Notes under the pieces: model-generated
The model's database searches: none
What the model was told of the DNA's origin: nothing
Seen by the model: the letters and a program-made list of their open reading frames with translations, nothing else
In this document: one piece after another, positions 25,966-38,020 of the stretch
How the letters are laid out: every line of letters begins with the position of its first letter
How positions within the stretch are numbered: position 1 is the stretch's first letter
Translations under genes and position numbers: made by a program
From: Octopus vulgaris
Lineage: Eukaryota
Length of the DNA stretch: 64,000 nt
Direction: 5' to 3'
NCBI GenBank assembly: GCA_951406725.2
Contig: OX597815.1
Location: forward strand, 113,274,001 to 113,338,000

Positions 25966-26178
25966 CCTTTCTACTGGAAGCACAAGGCCTGAAATTTGTT
26001 GGGTGGGAACGAGTCAATTATATTGACTCCAGTGTTTCACTGGTACTTGTTTTATCGACCTCAAAAGGATGAAAGTTACAGTCAACCTCGGTGGAATTAG
26101 AACACAGAACATAGCGATGGGTGACATACCACTAAGCATTTCATCCAGCACACTAATGTTTCTGCCAGCTCACAGCCT
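25505..26178 (-). mobile_element. Three tandem family A SINE copies separated by (TAA)n
   Basis: Copies at about 25505-25716, 25790-25922 and 25965-26178. Confidence 0.85.
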
Positions 26179-26205
26179 TAATAATAATACTACTACTACT
26201 ACTAC

Positions 26206-26240
<35 letters not shown>

Positions 26241-26289
26241 GTAGTAGTAGTAGTAGTAATAATAATAATAATAATACTAATAATACCCT

Positions 26290-26835
26290 CATACAGTACC
26301 AGGCAGTGGCTCTCATGGCTTTTGATCTTAACTGATTGGAAGTGTACATTGTTTTGTCTTGGTTACTAAAGATGGGCTACAGCAAATATTCTGCTCAGTA
26401 CTACAGGTTTGTTTGTCAGTTTGTTTGACCTTAACCAGTTGAGCATGTCCTTTAGTGGCTGGTTGATACATGCATCTCTAATCACAAGCAAAAGTAGTGG
26501 GGGAGCATCATAGCCATGTGTTGAGAGGGATTCTTTGGGGTTTGAATGATTCATCTCTGGAAACATGGGTGTTTCGTTCAACATCCTTAAACAACCCTTA
26601 TTCGGAGACCTTTTGAGCAGGATGGGCTACTCTATCTGACGAAAATTCTAACTGGGCCCCACCTGCAAGGTCATGCGCTGTTTATCTTGATATGAGATCA
26701 CCATGTTGCGCACATATGGTTGTGATGCATGTGCCTAGTGTACCCTTATCAGATGGGTAATCATAATGGGTATAGAGGGCTTTGTATATTTTACCCCAGT
26801 GTCACTTTGATGGCATGCACTGCTCTCTCACTCAA
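26290..26835 (+). mobile_element. Interspersed repeat flanked by (TAA)/(TGA) repeats, putative R4/Dong-type 3' UTR
   Basis: Second copy at 9670-10100. Sits in TAA microsatellites, the known Dong target; the clade assignment is inferred. Confidence 0.6.
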
Positions 26836-26837
26836 CA

Positions 26838-27092
<255 letters not shown>

Positions 27093-27599
27093 ATACATTT
27101 CCTTTATAACAGTTTGTATTTTCAAGTTTCATAGTAGGAAACATTGGAACAATTTAAAAAGACAAGTATAAAAAAAAAAAACACTTGATTAGAGTGAGAA
27201 CTATATAACATTCCAAGCATTACTCTGTTCCCAAAGAAGATGCTTGGGAGAAAATATTTAACAGGTGTGGGCAACAGCAAAAACAGAAAACTGAAAAGAT
27301 AAAAAGAAATAAAGAGTATAAAAGTAAAAAAAAAAAAAAAAAAGAAAAAAGATAGAATTGAAATTCTAATGTAGTTACAGTCAATTAATTGGTATGTTGA
27401 GTTGTAGATTAGTTTAAGTGAACTATGATATGTTTCATTTCATGCATGGTTTACAATATATCTTACTTCTTGGGTAATACATGTATCTTTTAATTCAGAT
27501 GTGTTGCTTTCTCTTTTATAACGTATATGGACCATCATGAGTTTTATATCATCAACTAGAATGTCTTAATAAGTAGGTTGTGCATCTGTATGTGTGTAC

Positions 27600-27658
<59 letters not shown>

Positions 27659-27804
27659 AAAAGCAATAAAGATTCAAGTTAATTTAAATGAATTTACTTG
27701 AATATGGTACCTAACTTAGATGCACCAAAAAAACTATACTGATTTAACAATACAGTAATGTGGGGTGATTATAAGCAAGAATGAAGCAACAAGAATGGAT
27801 AGGT

Positions 27805-27895
27805 TTTTAGTACAATCGTTTCATACAAGGACAGGTTTTATTAAAAGTTGCAAAAATTACAGCATATAAACGTGTCCCGTACTCATCAGCTAAAA
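27805..27895 (-). ncRNA. Type I hammerhead ribozyme motif with extended stem II
   Basis: Minus: TTTTAG-CTGATGA-GTACGGGACA..TGTCCTTGTAT-GAAAC-GATT-GTA-CTAAAA. Full core, GUA site. Confidence 0.8.
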
Positions 27896-28563
27896 TACAT
27901 GTGAGTTCTCTAGACATCCTAGTGGTTGAGGCTATACTCATGAAGTAATGTAGATAATTAAGTAACATAAACAGATTTCAAAAGTTCATTAAAGTTCTTT
28001 AAAGATGATGTACAGTCTTATCACAGAATTTTAAAAAAAGTCTTAATAGCATCACAGAGGAGGTGACCTAATCCATAGTGCACATATGAATTTCCAGAGA
28101 TATGATGAGGGATTACATACTCACAGAAGACAAATTTATCCATTGTTAATTACAACGAGGTGGGTTTCAATTCCTGCTTATTAGCATTACAGAGAGGGTG
28201 AATTAATCCTTTGTACAAAGGATTAATTCACCCTCTCTGTAATGCTAATAAGCAGGAATTGAAACCCACCTCGTTGTAATTAACAATGGATAAATTTGTC
28301 TTCTGTGAGTATGTAATCCCTCATCATATCTCTGGAAATTCATATGTGCACTATGGATTAGGTCACCTCCTCTGTGATGCTATTAAGACTTTTTTAAATT
28401 CTGTGATAAGACTGTACATCATCTTTAAAGAACTTTAATGAACTTTTGAAATCTGTTTATGTCACTTAATTATCTACATTACTTCATGAGTATAGCCTCA
28501 ACCACTAGGATGTCTAGAGAACTCATATGTATTTTAGCTGATGAGTACGGGACATGTTTATAT

Positions 28564-28792
28564 TTTGTTTTGTTTTTTGTTTTTCCAGTTTCAGCTCTTG
28601 AGCTGTGGCCATGCTGGGGCACCGCCATTGTGGTGAAAGAGTACAGCAGGGATCACCACCCCCTGCCGGAGCCTCGTAGAGCTTTTAGGTGTTTTCGCTC
28701 AATAAACACACACAACGCCCGGTCAGAGAATCGAAACCGCGATCCTGCGACCGCGAGTCCGCTGCCCTAACCACTAGGCCATTGCGCCTCCA
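28564..28792 (-). mobile_element. Short chimeric SINE inserted in the right palindrome arm
   Basis: Family C head plus GGCGGTGCCCCAGCATGGCCACAGCTCAAGAGCTGAAAC tail; absent from the left arm. Confidence 0.88.
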
Positions 28793-28890
28793 CGTAATTA
28801 TGCTGTAATTTTTGCAACTTTTAATAAAACCTGTCCTTGTATGAAACGATTGTACTAAAAACCTATCCATTCTTGTTGCTTCATTCTCGC

Positions 28891-28926
<36 letters not shown>

Positions 28927-29109
28927 GCATTACTCTTGTACTCTTCCACTCTTTTACTTGTTTCAGTCATTTGACTGAGGCACTACCTTAAAGGGTTTTA
29001 GTCAAAGAAATCACCCCCAAGGCTTATTTTTTGTAAGCCTAGTACTTATTCTATCAGTCACTTTTTACTGAACTACTAAGTTATGGAGATGTAAACACAT
29101 TAGCGTAGA

Positions 29110-29443
29110 CATAGGAGTGGCTGTGTGGTAAGTAGTTTGCTTACCAAACACTTGGTTCCGGGTTCAGTCTCACTGCTGGGCACCTTGGGCAAGTGCCTTC
29201 TGCTGTAGCCTCGGGCCAACCAAGGCCTTGTGAGTGGATTTGGTAGATGGAAACTGAAGGAAGCCTGTCGTATATATGTATAAATATATGTATATGTGTA
29301 AACTTAGTAGTTTGGCAAAAGAGATCAATAGTATAAGTACTAGGCTTACAAAGAATAAGTCCTGGGGTCGATTTGCTCAACTAAAGATGGTGCTCCAGCA
29401 TAGCCACAGTCAAATGAATGAAACAAGTAAAAGAGTAAAAGAG
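29110..29443 (+). mobile_element. SINE family B
   Basis: Head and tail match the other copies; an inverted partial copy lies at 28935-29100. Confidence 0.88.
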
Positions 29444-29561
29444 TATATATATACACACACAGACATGCAGGAAGTAAACAGATACCTTTAATTTTTAAAA
29501 TCTTTTATTTAATACATAAAGTGAACAATTGAAATGTAATCGATAGGTAGGACTTCATACT

Positions 29562-29980
29562 TTAGTATTTAGTTGACATTCCCTTTGCAGTTTTTAATTT
29601 AGAAACTCTTTTTGGCATTGAACTGATGAGCTTTGTGATTGTCTCTTGTGGAATTTCTGCCCACTTTTCACGCAGCAATTGAAACAATTCATCATTAGAT
29701 TTAGGTTTCTGTTGAGTTTTTCATATAGCTCTGTCTAGCATGCTCCAAAGATTTTCAATTGGGTTCCTGTCAGGAGATTGACTTGACCAAGGAAGCTTTT
29801 TGTCCTATTTTCAGTGAGCCATTGTTTATTCCTTTTCACTGTGTGGCATGGAGCCCCATCTTCCATGAATAAAAACTCATTTTTCATTATGTTATCGTGT
29901 GAATACTTTGGAAGTAGTCCTTGCTTAAGTATTTCAATGTATTTTTCAGAGTTTATGGTTCCAATACATTTAATCAGCCT
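29562..29980 (-). pseudogene. Tc1 (DD34E) transposase C-terminal fragment
   Basis: GTINSEKYIEILKQGLLP..FLFMEDGAPCH..WSSQSPDRNPIENLWSMLD..AKGMSTKY*. Confidence 0.88.
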
Positions 29981-30869
29981 TTAAACGGTCATACTGCATC
30001 ACTACTTGATATCCTGTTGCTTATTTTGATTGTGTGTGTGTGTGTGTGTAATAGATAGAGAGGTACACTCATACACATATACATACATATAAAAAGGAAA
30101 GGGGATTGATAATTGCATTTATTTGATGGTGTTTTTGCTCTGTTTTGAAATTTTCAAGCTGATAAAATTAAGATATTTCTATTAAGTAGAATAAGAAACC
30201 TGATATCTTAAGTTAATTCTAATATCAATATATATTCCTAACTGTATTTCATGTCACCCACTAATAAACACTGGGATGAAGCTTTCTACAGAAATGGAAC
30301 ATTTAAACATGTATATGTACACTCCTCAGTGACATAATATGAAGATTAAACAGCACAGGCACATAGCTGTATGATTAAGAAGTCAGCCACACCTCAGATG
30401 TTGAAATGATCACAGAGCGACAGGAAGTGAGGTGTTTTACTCAAGAACTCAATGTGCCACCGACCCAAGAATCAACCCACAATCTCATGATTGTGTGTGC
30501 AACACCCTAACTAACTCTATTTTCAAGGCTTTTTTCATCCCAAGGCTATAATAGAAGATATTTTCCCAAAGTGTCATACAGTGAAATTGAACTCAAGACC
30601 ACATGGTTGGTAAGCAAGCTTCTAACTCATTCAACCACAACTGTACCCATTATAAAACACATACATTCTTAGTTCAAAACCTCCTGTGACCAACCTTCTC
30701 TTTCATTATTCAGGAATTGCTTTTGTTGTTTAACCTCAGGTCACCTCTAATAGAGCCGAACTGTGATCAAAGGTCTAACTGCTATAACTATTCCTTTTTA
30801 TTTTCAAATCCTTTATACTACATTATCCAATGTATTTTCCCTTTCATATGACTATAGAGTATGATTTAA

Positions 30870-31089
30870 CTCTTTAACATTCAGATTACTCTGTCAAATG
30901 TAATGCTTATTTATTCACATTGTTTTGAATTAATCATGCATTATCTTATGGCTTTAAGATTTTGGTGATGTGATTGTTTACATTTAGGATGACATTTTAG
31001 GATGGTTGTGAGAGGCTAGATCTGGCTGGTTTGAAGATAAAACAGGTATAATATCCTGGCCTGATATGGCTGGTTTAAATACCAAAGAG
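30870..31089. mobile_element. piggyBac-like MITE
   Basis: TTAA-CTCTTT..AAAGAG-TTAA termini. A different TTAA-type MITE family occurs at about 18689-18943, 31255-31490 and 45195-45370. Confidence 0.7.
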
Positions 31090-31715
31090 TTAAAAGGTAT
31101 TCCAGCTCTTCTTACTTTCAGACACCTTAGACTGCATTATCCAGTCTAGCTTTTCTTTTTTAAGACAGCAGGGTGTGACCTAAAGAAGAATTGACTGCTA
31201 TTTATAGCAGCTCATTCAGCAACTCTACCACCTTTTTTATTTTCTAACACATGTTAATCCTTTTAAAACCAACCCACTTCAGACCACTTCTGGTTTAATG
31301 ATACAAAACTTCCTGGGTTAGGAGATCTGAATTAAAACCTCCCATCAAAATTTCATGTTGATTTATGTTCCAAAACACCAGAATGATTATGACAAAGTTA
31401 TTTTTCTAAATTCTTCATAATTTAAAAACTTAATTGAAAACAACAGCAGAAGGCAGCATATTCCAAAGAAATATGATAGCAAGAGGGTTAGGCATGGCTG
31501 TGTGATAAGAAGCTTGCTTCCCAGCCACATGGTTCCAGGTTCAGTCCCACTGCATGGCACCTAGGGCAGGTGTCTTTTACTATAGCCACATGCCGACCAA
31601 AGCCTTGCAAGTGGATTTGGCAGATGAAAAGAAGCCCATTGTATATATATTGACCGCTAACTCCAAAAGTTTTTTTTATTTCCTCATGTTTATTTCCTAT
31701 TGTTTATTTCCTCAT

Positions 31716-31757
31716 GTCCTTTTCTGTTGAAGAACGCAGGCTCGAAACATAAAAGAC
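31716..31757 (+). ncRNA. Degenerate minimal hammerhead-like motif in a short element at 31650-31850
   Basis: GTCCTTTT-CTGTTGAA-GAAC gcag GCTC-GAAA-CA-TA-AAAGAC; T-rich tail ends in (TA)n. Confidence 0.5.
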
Positions 31758-31869
31758 TTTCTCATCTTCCCGAGTGTCAAACTAATACACCTGTTTGTTG
31801 TTTATACACCTATCTTCGTCTTTTGTTTTTCTGTAAATTTCAACTATATACACACACATATATATATAT

Positions 31870-33127
31870 AGTAAGGTATATGGTAAACTTTGACAGCTAC
31901 TCATTTTGTGCCATTATTATATTTTGACAATCTTTATTTTATGTTAGAAAGCTGACACATTATTTCTTTATTCTAACTCATTTTGCACTTTATAAAGTAT
32001 TTATAAATCATTTTTTTGCTATTTTTGTTTAGAGATGGATAAGTCAGAAATTCGTACAGTTTTGAAATATGAGTTGTTTCTTGGAATTACAGCATCACAG
32101 ACAGCTCGGAATATTAACAGAGTATTTCATTCTAATGTTATTACACAGCAGACAGTATAAAATTGGTTTGCAAAATTTTGTTCTGATAACTTTGACCTCA
32201 CAAATGAGCAACGCAGTCAACCAGAAACAAAGGAGGATAATGACAAACTGAAAGCCACTGTCAATTCAGATCCATCTCAAAGTGCCTGTGAATTATCGTT
32301 GTTATTTGGTTTTAGCAAGCAACCAATATTGACTCATCTAGTTCAAATCGATAAAGTGAAAAAGTTGGATAAGTGGGTTCCACATGAACTCAATGAAAAT
32401 CAGAAACAGCGACATTTAGAAGCCTGCATTATGCTACTTTCTCGTCACAAAAATGAATCATTTTTGAATCGAATTGTAACAAGTGATGAGAAATGGATCC
32501 AATACAACAACCGTAAACATTCAGTACAATGGCTGAACAAAGACAAGCCACCAAAACACAGTCCAAAAAGCAAAATTCATCAAAAGAAGCTGATGGTGTG
32601 TGTTTGGTGGTCTGGCGCAGGTGTGATCCATTACACTTTCATTAAACCTAGCTCATCAATCATGGCCAAGGTATACTGCAGCCAACTGCACCAAATGATG
32701 CAGAAACTTACAAAAAACTGCCTAGATTAGTCAACAGATCCACTCCTATTTTATTGCAAGACAACGCCAAACTACACATTGCAAAAATGACATTGGCAAA
32801 ACTATAGGAGTTGGAGTTGGAGGCCCTGCATCATCTAAAGTACTCACCTAATCTTGCCCCCACTGACTACCACTTCTTCCAGAATTTGGATAACTTTTTG
32901 ATAGGAAAAAACTTAATTCCGATGATGCTGTAATTCAGGCCTTCCAAGATTTTATTGATTCTAGATTACCAGTCTTTTACAGTTCTGGGCTGGACAAGCT
33001 ACCACTGAAATGGCAAAAGTGTATTGACAATATGGGTGCATACTTTGATGAATAAAACTATTCCTTGTATTTATAAAACATTAGCAAACTTTTTTCTTTT
33101 CTACAAATTTCATACTTGACGATCTAA
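31870..33127 (+). mobile_element. mariner element (cecropia/Hsmar1-like), left TIR not found
   Basis: Right end AATTTCATACTTGACGATCTAA-TA; contains a transposase pseudogene. Confidence 0.85.
32035..33055 (+). pseudogene. Near full-length mariner DD34D transposase pseudogene
   Basis: MDKSEIRTVLKYE..*..KVKKLDKWVPHEL..IVTSDEKW..LLQDNA..YSPNLAPTDYHFF..GAYFDE*, with a premature stop and frameshifts. Confidence 0.95.
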
Positions 33128-33377
33128 TATATATATATGTATATGTTTGTGAGTCTCCCCACCATCACTTGACAACTGATGTTGGTTTGTTTATATCCCA
33201 CTAACTTAGCAGTTTGCAAAAAGAGATCAGTAGAATAAGTACTAGGCTTACAAAGAATAAGTCCTGGGGCTGATTAGTTCAAATAAAGGCAGTGCTCCAG
33301 CATGGCCACAGTCAAATGGCTGAAACAAATAAAAGAGTAAAAGAGTAAATTGTAATTTGATAGGATCTAATGTAATA

Positions 33378-33592
33378 TTGGTTTCAAATTTTGGCACAAG
33401 GCCAACAATTTCAGGGGAAGGGTAAGTCTATAACATTGACCCCAGTATTCAACTGGTACATATTTTATTGATCCTGAAAGGATGAAAAGGCAAAGTCAAC
33501 CTCAGCAAAATTTAAATTCAGAATATGAAGATGGGCAAAATGCCATTAAGCTTTTTGCCCGCTGTGCTAGCGATTCTTCCAGCTCACTGCCT
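33378..33592 (-). mobile_element. SINE family A
   Basis: Matches 1089-1323. Confidence 0.85.
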
Positions 33593-34336
33593 CGGGATCT
33601 AATGAAATATTTCTCTTCAGCTGTTCAAACTTTCTAAGGAATTTTTGTACATAACAACTCATTTTATTCATTGCTTTATTTGTCTACCACACACACACAC
33701 ACACAAACACATACTGATATATATGGTAATCCAGCTTGGATAGCAGATATAGAGTTAGGTTCTTTATAACAATAGAGAATTATTGTAAACAACAAAGAAA
33801 TTATTCATCAGTCTGTTATATTTGAAAAGAAAGCTGGAAGAATAAGCTTATATTGTAATTATATTTTTAATTCCACCAGGACAGACAGCCAAATCATATG
33901 TTGCTTCTTTTTTTTTTTATGCTGTTGTTGTTTATTGCCTAAAACACAGTTAATGTAATGGACAGCATCAACCAACACAAATGATAAAAAAAGAAAATGA
34001 CTCCTCTCTAACTCACTAAAATTAGTAATATGTTGATTTAATAGTCTTTACCCTAGAGTTATCTAAATGTAAACATACTAAAGTATAGATATGTGTGCAT
34101 ATATATATATATGAATGCGTACGTGTTGTATATGTATACATTCAATCAAGTTTTTATATATATGTGTATATATGTATGTATGTAAGTTTTGTGCATGAAT
34201 ACATTCACAGACACACACACACAGATAGAAAGAAAGAGAAAGAGGGAGAGAGATATGTGTTTTTTGTGTATATATATATATATATAGACATGTATATAAG
34301 TATATACATATATATATGTGTATATATGTGTGTATA

Positions 34337-34369
<33 letters not shown>

Positions 34370-34595
34370 TTTTTTATATATACACACACATACATATATG
34401 CACATATATAGGTGCATATATGTGTGTGTGTATTAATCAGGTCACATTTGCAAACATTGCAATTTCATAGAATGAGTGTGTATGTATATATGTGTGTGTA
34501 TATATATATATACGGAAAAAGATTAGAGATCTATACAAATCAAATTTTTATATATAAAAGATGGAGGTGAATACATATATATATGTGTATATATA

Positions 34596-34963
34596 TCTCT
34601 CTATATAAAAACGGCAAAATGTCTGTCTGTGTGTGTGTCCTTTATAAAAATCCACAATTTTTCAGTTAGAGGGCTCACACTTTCTATGGTCATTCAAAAC
34701 AGTCCAAGGGTGGTGGTGCACATCTTTACATTTCCCCAGTCACCCCGCAAAGCTATTAAAAAATCAATAGAAGTTACTTTTTTGTGAATTTTCTATCCAA
34801 AACCCAATCAAAATGCCAGAAACTTGATATGCCAATTGAATGCCAGCTAGCTGTATGTGATTGGTCAGAGATTTGGACAGTACTCGCATGTATATGTGCA
34901 TGCACACAGCTGTATATGCATGCACTAGCACTATGACCCGGCAACGCCAGGTCATAGTGCTAG
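34596..34963 (+). mobile_element. Non-autonomous Helitron
   Basis: A|TC 5' start; 3' hairpin CTATGACCCGGCAACGCCAGGTCATAG then TG-CTAG|T. Confidence 0.88.
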
Positions 34964-35431
34964 TATATTATAATTCTTTTATTTGTTTTAGTTATTTGAT
35001 TGCAGCCATGCTGGAGCACCACCTTTAATCAAACAGATCGATATATATATACATATACATATATATAACCATCATCATCACCATTTAGCATCCGTTATCC
35101 ATGCTGGCAAGGCTCATTTGGTTTGATCAGGGATAGTAAGCTAAGGGCTTCATCAGATTCCAGTCTTATTTGGCCTGGTTTTTACAGCTGGATGCCCTTC
35201 CTAACACCAACCACTCCAAGAGTGTAATGGATGCTTTTACGTGCCACCAGCCTGGGTGCAAGTTGCATGACACCAGTCTCTGCTGCAACTACTATCTCAC
35301 TCAGCTTGATGGATCTTCCTTCTCAAGCACAGCATATTATATATATATATATATATACATATATGAAATGAATGTCTTATAAAACTATTCTGCACATATA
35401 ATAACAGCCATACCAACAATCCAACGCACCT

Positions 35432-35486
35432 CCATCATCAGCTGTCCAACGGATATCACTCTGTTTTTGACACCTGAGCAGTACCA
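35432..35486 (-). ncRNA. Non-circularly permuted hammerhead motif, copy D
   Basis: Minus: GG-TA/CTGCTC-aggtg-TCA-aAAA-C..GGACAG-CTGATGA-TGG. Stem I pairs 5 of 6, stem II 3 of 3; G12>A. Confidence 0.5.
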
Positions 35487-35589
35487 TTCAATCCAAACCA
35501 CTGAGTTACAAGGACATAAACACACTAATACCAGTTATCAAACAGTGGTGAGGGATAAACACAGACACAATGACAAACATAGACACAAA

Positions 35590-35681
35590 TTTTTGATGAA
35601 TAAAACTATTCCTTGTATTTAAAAAAAAAACATTAGCAAACTTTTTTTATTTTCTACAAATTTCATACTTGACGATCTAAT
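35590..35681 (+). mobile_element. Solo 3' end of the mariner at 31870-33127
   Basis: Near-identical to 33044-33129. Confidence 0.85.
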
Positions 35682-36070
35682 ATATATATGTATCTAAATA
35701 ATTCTGATGTGCAATTTATACGATCTTTTTACTCTTTCATTTTTCTCTCTTCCTCTCTCTTATTCTTTTACCTCCACTTCTCCCACTATTCTATCCTATT
35801 ACTCTGTCACTCTCTCTCCCTAACTCCTCCTTCCTTGCTTACGTTGCTCCCACATGACCATTGGCCATCTTTCTTTCTTCTCCTAACTTGTGTTTCTTTC
35901 TCTCCATTGTAACTGGAACAAGGAAGTCGTGTTCTTGTTTGTCTCCTGTCCAAGATTATCAACCCTTCCTGTTTGTTTTCACTGTCCTGCTTGTGTTACC
36001 AATTTTGACCCTCCGCAAAATCCCAAATTTTATTTAATTTGCTTTGCAGGAGTAACTGTTTTGTCGAAAG

Positions 36071-36133
36071 CATACATTGTTGTTAAATGCTTGAAATATG
36101 AGAATTGAAAAACAGCCAACAACTAATGAAGGG
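36071..36133 (+). ncRNA. Non-circularly permuted hammerhead motif, copy B
   Basis: CATA-cA/TTGTTG-ttaaatg-CTT-GAAA-TATG..CAACAA-CTaATGA-AGG. All three stems pair; core lesions G5>A and U16.1>C. Confidence 0.6.
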
Positions 36134-36258
36134 TCGTTTTTTTATGTTATTTGTTTTCCATTTGTATCTTTCATTGTTCAAAAGAATAGTTCATGTTCCA
36201 TATGCTCGTGTTTCGTATTTTTTGTTGTACACATTTTGTGACGTCCTGTGCACACATA

Positions 36259-36311
<53 letters not shown>

Positions 36312-37802
36312 GTATATATGTATATATGTATATATATGTATATATATGTATATATATATATACATATACGTATATATGCAAATGTATATTATTTATATTA
36401 TGTATATACAAATTTTAGTGTGTGTATATGTATATGTATGCACACATTATATAGAAACTTATGTGTGTGAGACAGAGAAAGAGAGAGAGAGAGGGAGAGA
36501 GAGAGACAGACTGAGACAAACAGATTGGGGCAGAAAGAGAGTGAGAGAAAAATAAACAGTTAATGACTCACATTGTCATTATTTGGATTTCATGTTTCGA
36601 ACCACTCAGATGTTCATAATAAGCAAGACCTTGGCCATGTTTGGTTTGAAAGATCACTTCATTGGTCATTTGTAAGCCATGTTGTCATTGAATATGTGAC
36701 ACTGGAGGGTAAAAATTGTTGGAGATCCTGCCCTATTGTCTATAAGTTGTCATTAGTTAGTTGTCAATGACATGCTAAGATGATGGAATGGTCATGACTG
36801 GAACGTCACTCCATCTCTCTTTCTCTCCCCTTCTCCCACTGTCTCACTTTTCCCCATTTTTGCTTTCTCTCTTATGACAAACTTTTTGTCTTAAGATATT
36901 TCCAGTTAAATATTATAAGAATTAATTATCCAAAAAACAGTAACTAAGATCATATTCCTCAATTACATCAAATGCAGGCACACATATTTACAGACAAAGA
37001 ACTATGTTTGACTGAGAACATCTTGAAGACACAAAGATAATAGCAGTATAACAGAGATAAAGGAGAAGAGGAGGCTGAGAGAGAGAGAGAAAGAGAAACA
37101 GAGAGATGGGCAGACAGAAAAGGAGTCAGAATATCAAGTTATCAAATACAACTGGTTTTCCTCTCTAGTTTTCAGTAATTTTATTTTAATAATTTCATTT
37201 TGAAAGTTTATTTAACTAAAAACTTTATCAGGGTAAAAACACAGGACATAGAAAACACAACAATAACAACAAAATGCTACAAGAAAAAAATGAATCAACA
37301 TTAAGAAGTAAATAGCTTAAGGTATTTTTTTTTCAGGGTAACGCCCAACTATGTTAGCTAATTTAATATACCATCATTATTATCTTTTATAGCAATTTAA
37401 GAATCATTTTTTTTTTTCACGGGTCTGCATGAAACGAAGGATTCTGTGTCTTTCTCAAATTTATACTCACGACTTCTTGGACTTCATTTTCTGAAAGTCT
37501 TTTGTTAATTTAAGAGAGAATTGTTGGGGTGGTAGAGAGGAAGGAAATTACTTTTGAATAATGCAACCCAAACTGAAGAAGTTAAAGGCTCCAGCAGTAA
37601 CAAAGAACTGAACCAATTATCCAGCAAGCTTGGGAGCAGAAGTGTCCAAATTTCTGAATTTCTTGGTTTTTTAGAGTCAATCTAAATATATACTTAAAAT
37701 GCAAAAAGAACTATGAAAAGTGAAGAGCTATATTGTATTTAACAGATTCAAATTAGTATACTTCTAAAGCAGGGTCTGTTTTATATTTATTAATCCACTT
37801 AA

Positions 37803-38020
37803 GGCAGTAAGTTGGCTGAATCATTAGCATGCTGGGCAAAACGCTGAGTAGCATTTAGTCTGTCTTCACATCCTGAGTTCAAATTCTGCCAAGGTCATTT
37901 TGCTTCATCCTTTCATGGTCAATAGAATGAATGAATACCAATTGAACAGTGGGGTCAATGTAATCGACATACCCACCGCTCCAAAATTGCAGGCCTTGTG
38001 CAAAAATTCGAAACTGGTAT
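37803..38020 (+). mobile_element. SINE family A (diverged)
   Basis: Head, B box and central domain are recognisable. Confidence 0.8.

Larger units (their letters stand above)
27657..28890. mobile_element. Palindromic Penelope-like insertion in (TA)n
   Basis: Spacerless palindrome centred on 28214/28215 (TTGT|ACAA). Arms 27775-28214 vs 28215-28563 plus 28800-28890. (TA)n on both sides and an HHR in each arm. Confidence 0.85.
31490..33348 (+). mobile_element. SINE family B split at its internal microsatellite (31490-31650 and 33150-33348)
   Basis: Head and tail are colinear with the intact copy at 53816-54198. Confidence 0.8.
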
